A stretch of 64,000 nt of DNA from NCBI RefSeq assembly GCF_056712565.1, contig NZ_CM160072.1, one strand, 5' to 3'. Position numbers and translations under genes: made by a program. Positions 59,779-64,000 of this stretch are shown one piece after another. The notes below the pieces were generated by a model. It made no database searches and was not told where the DNA came from. It saw nothing but the letters and a program-made list of their open reading frames with translations. Position 1 is the first letter of the stretch, and every line of letters begins with the position of its first letter.

Positions 59779-61551
59779 TCAGTTATTCTCAGCCTTCTTC
59801 ACAACCTGAATGCTCAGCTCAGCCAGTGCAGTCGGGTTAGCAAAGCTCGGTGCTTCAGTCATCAGACACGCTGCCGCCGTGGTTTTCGGGAAGGCGATAA
59901 CGTCACGGATATTGTCGGTGCCGGTCAGCAGCATCGTCAGACGGTCAAGACCGAATGCCAGACCTGCGTGCGGCGGAGTACCGTATTTCAGGGCGTCGAG
60001 CAGGAAGCCGAATTTCTCGCGCTGTTCCTCTTCGTTGATACCCAGAATACCAAACACCGTCTGCTGCATATCACCATTATGGATACGCACAGAACCACCG
60101 CCCACTTCGTAACCATTGATGACCATATCGTAAGCGTTAGCCACCGCATTTTCCGGTGCAGCTTTCAGTTCTGCTGCCGTCATGTCTTTCGGTGAGGTGA
60201 ACGGATGGTGCATTGCTGTCAGGCCGCCTTCACCGTCGTCTTCAAACATCGGGAAGTCGATAACCCACAGCGGTGCCCATTTGCTTTCGTCGGTCAGACC
60301 AAGGTCTTTACCCACTTTCAGGCGCAGTGCGCCCATCGCGTCGGCAACAATTTTCTTGTTGTCGGCACCGAAGAAAATCATATCGCCATCTTGCGCGCCA
60401 GTACGCTCCAGGATGGCTTCGATGATTTCTGCATTAAGGAACTTCGCTACCGGGCTATTGATACCTTCCAGACCTTTCGCGCGTTCGTTAACTTTGATGT
60501 AAGCCAGACCTTTCGCGCCGTAGATTTTAACGAAGTTACCGTATTCGTCGATCTGCTTACGGGTCAACGATGCGCCGCCCGGAACACGCAGAGCGGCAAC
60601 ACGGCCTTTCGGATCGTTCGCCGGACCTGCAAATACTGCAAACTCAACAGATTTCAGCAGATCGGCAACGTCGGTCAGTTCCATCGGGTTACGCAGATCC
60701 GGTTTATCAGAACCATAACGGCGTTCTGCTTCTGCAAAGGTCATTACCGGGAAATCGCCCAGATCCACGCCCTTCACTTCCAGCCACAGATGACGCACCA
60801 GCGCTTCCATCACTTCACGCACTTGCGGCGCGGTCATGAAAGAAGTTTCCACATCGATCTGAGTAAATTCAGGCTGACGGTCAGCACGCAGGTCTTCGTC
60901 ACGGAAGCATTTAACGATCTGATAGTAGCGGTCAAAGCCGGACATCATCAGTAGCTGTTTGAACAACTGCGGGGATTGCGGCAGCGCGTAGAATTTACCT
61001 TTGTGCACACGAGAAGGCACCAGGTAGTCACGCGCGCCTTCCGGCGTGGCTTTGGTCAGCATCGGAGTTTCGATGTCGAGGAAGCCGTGGTCATCCATAA
61101 AACGGCGCACCAGGCTGGTGATTTTAGCGCGGGTTTTCAGGCGCTGAGCCATTTCCGGGCGACGCAGGTCGAGGTAGCGGTATTTCAGACGCGCTTCTTC
61201 GGTGTTGACGTGGTTAGAGTCAAGCGGCAGAACATCTGCACGATTGATGATAGTCAGCGAGGACGCCAGTACTTCGATTTCGCCAGTCGCCATATCGCGG
61301 TTAATATTTTTTTCGTCACGCGCACGTACGGTGCCCGTGACCTGAATGCAGAACTCATTACGCAGTTCAGAGGCCAGCTTTAACGCGTCCGCACGATCCG
61401 GATCGAAAAATACCTGCACGATACCTTCGCGGTCGCGCATATCGATGAAGATCAGGCTACCAAGATCACGACGACGGTTGACCCAACCACACAGAGTCAC
61501 CTGCTGCCCCACGTGGGACAAACGGAGCTGTCCACAATATTCTGTACGCAT
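59779..61551 (-). CDS. aspS: Aspartate--tRNA ligase
   Basis: 590-aa class-II aa[36 protein letters not shown]... Confidence 0.95.
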
Positions 61552-61860
61552 GAGATATCCCTTAACTTAGCTGCCGGCGGATGCCCCCTGCTGCGCAGGT
61601 GACCAAGTCGCAGCGTTAGCTGTATGTCACAACTGAATGAAAAAAGGCGGCTATTATACTGGAAATTCTGCCGCACCGTAAGAGCCTGGCCCGCGCTGGA
61701 ACGCCTCGTTACCACTTTATATCGGGCCTGAAATCAGACTCTACGCCAGTTTGCTATAAAGGTGTTGCCCGAACTCATAAAAATTAACAAAATTTGTCGT
61801 TCCGCCATCGGCTAATCGCATTAAGGTGAGAGGCACGATTTTGTTTTGTCAGGAGTCATC

Positions 61861-62427
61861 ATGCTTGAACTTAATGCTAAAACCACCGCGCTGGTGGTGA
61901 TTGATTTACAAGAAGGCATCTTACCTTTTGCCGGAGGTCCACATACTGCCGATGAGGTGGTTAATCGCGCCGGGAAGCTGGCGGCGAAATTTCGCGCCAG
62001 CGGTCAGCCCGTGTTTCTGGTGCGCGTTGGCTGGTCTGCCGATTACGCCGAAGCATTAAAACAGCCGGTTGATGCCCCCTCCCCCGCAAAAGTGTTGCCC
62101 GAAAACTGGTGGCAACATCCTGCTGCATTAGGTGCAACCGACAGCGATATCGAAATCATCAAACGTCAATGGGGTGCGTTTTACGGTACGGATCTGGAGT
62201 TGCAATTACGCCGCCGGGGTATCGATACAATAGTGTTATGTGGGATCTCGACCAATATCGGTGTTGAATCCACCGCCCGCAATGCCTGGGAACTCGGTTT
62301 TAATCTGGTGATTGCCGAAGATGCCTGTAGCGCCGCTAGCGCCGAGCAGCACAATAACAGCATTAATCATATCTACCCGCGCATCGCCCGTGTGCGCAGT
62401 GTGGAAGAGATCCTCCACGCGTTATGA
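61861..62427 (+). CDS. yecD: Isochorismatase-family hydrolase YecD
   Basis: ORF-track frame 61846..62427; recognised start [20 protein letters not shown] (61861). Confidence 0.8.
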   Translation: MLELNAKTTALVVIDLQEGILPFAGGPHTADEVVNRAGKLAAKFRASGQPVFLVRVGWSADYAEALKQPVDAPSPAKVLPENWWQHPAALGATDSDIEIIKRQWGAFYGTDLELQLRRRGIDTIVLCGISTNIGVESTARNAWELGFNLVIAEDACSAASAEQHNNSINHIYPRIARVRSVEEILHAL

Positions 62428-63242
62428 TTTACATCGGTTTGCCGCAATGGTCGCATCCTAAATGGGTGCGGTTGGGGATCACCAACCTTGAAGAGTATGC
62501 CCGCAACTTTAACTGCGTGGAGGGTAACACCACGCTTTATGCCCTGCCGAAACCCGAGGTTGTCCTGCGCTGGCGTGAGCAGACCACAGATGACTTCCGC
62601 TTCTGTTTTAAGTTTCCGGCGACCATTTCGCATCAGGCAGCATTACGGCATTGCGATGATTTAGTGACTGAATTTTTGACCCGCATGTCACCGTTGGCTC
62701 CGCGCATTGGACAATACTGGCTGCAACTGCCTGCCACATTCGGCCCACGAGAGCTGCCTGCGCTTTGGCATTTTCTCGATTCTCTTCCCGGTGAATTTAA
62801 TTATGGGGTGGAAGTCCGCCATCCACAGTTTTTCGCCAAAGGGGAAGAGGAACAAACGCTTAATCGCGGTTTACATCAGCGCGGCGTTAATCGGGTGATT
62901 TTAGACAGCCGCCCGGTTCATGCAGCACGTCCACACAGTGAAGCTATTCGCGACGCTCAACGAAAAAAACCTAAAGTTCCGGTACATGCTGTACTGACGG
63001 CGAAAAATCCACTGATCCGTTTTATCGGTAGTGATGATATGACGCAAAACCGGGAGTTATTTCAGGTCTGGTTACAAAAATTAGCACAGTGGCATCAGAC
63101 CACTACGCCTTATCTTTTTTTACATACGCCAGATATTGCCCAGGCCCCGGAACTGGTACATACCCTGTGGGAAGACTTACGTAAAACGCTTCCAGAGATC
63201 GGAGCAGTTCCGGCTATTCCACAGCAATCTTCTCTTTTCTGA
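62424..63242 (+). CDS. yecE: DUF72-family protein YecE
   Basis: 272-aa [32 protein letters not shown]...; overlaps yecD stop by 4 nt. Confidence 0.75.
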   Translation: MIYIGLPQWSHPKWVRLGITNLEEYARNFNCVEGNTTLYALPKPEVVLRWREQTTDDFRFCFKFPATISHQAALRHCDDLVTEFLTRMSPLAPRIGQYWLQLPATFGPRELPALWHFLDSLPGEFNYGVEVRHPQFFAKGEEEQTLNRGLHQRGVNRVILDSRPVHAARPHSEAIRDAQRKKPKVPVHAVLTAKNPLIRFIGSDDMTQNRELFQVWLQKLAQWHQTTTPYLFLHTPDIAQAPELVHTLWEDLRKTLPEIGAVPAIPQQSSLF

Positions 63243-63294
63243 ATTTGCCACCTATCATAGACAGGTGCCATCGGCCATTTTAAAGGGAGTTTGT

Positions 63295-64000
<706 letters not shown>

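Noticed and set aside
60205-60954. 249-aa plus-strand ORF
   Set aside because: Antisense within aspS; shadow ORF.

Overview
This 64-kb window reads as an uninterrupted enterobacterial core-chromosome segment, with gene order and protein sequences matching the Escherichia coli fadD–cmoA interval (K-12-like). I found no novel or foreign system: every ORF of about 60 aa or more is either a recognisable housekeeping gene or an antisense/shadow ORF inside one. There is no integrase, transposase, CRISPR array, tRNA/rRNA gene, or toxin/defence-like operon, and the gene-poor gaps are AT-rich leaders, promoters, REP/BIME repeats and terminators. Identification rests on my own reading of the translated ORFs and recalled motifs; no database search was run. 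Coordinates read directly from the sequence lines (small genes, boxes, terminators) may be off by 1–2 nt. Order of content: fadD (3'-truncated at the window edge), yeaY, tsaB, yoaA, yoaB, yoaC, yoaH, pabB–nudL–sdaA, pdeD(yoaD), yoaE, manXYZ, yobD, Mn riboswitch–mntP, rlmA, yobF–cspC, mgrB–yebO, yobH, kdgR, yebQ, htpX, prc–proQ, msrC, yebS–yebT (letAB), rsmF, yebV, yebW, pphA, sdsR/ryeA sRNA pair, yobA–yebZ–yebY, holE, yobB, exoX, ptrB, yebE, yebF, yebG, purT, edd–eda, zwf, hexR, pykA, lpxM, mepM, znuA / znuCB, ruvAB, yebB, nudB–yebC–ruvC, aspS, yecD–yecE–yecN and the start of cmoA. The most worthwhile second looks are modest: a Cys/His-rich 27-codon uORF in the expression platform of the mntP Mn2+ riboswitch, the 670-bp AT-rich non-coding gap between yobF and yebO, the sdsR/ryeA antisense pair, and a BIME cluster overlapping the ruvB stop codon.
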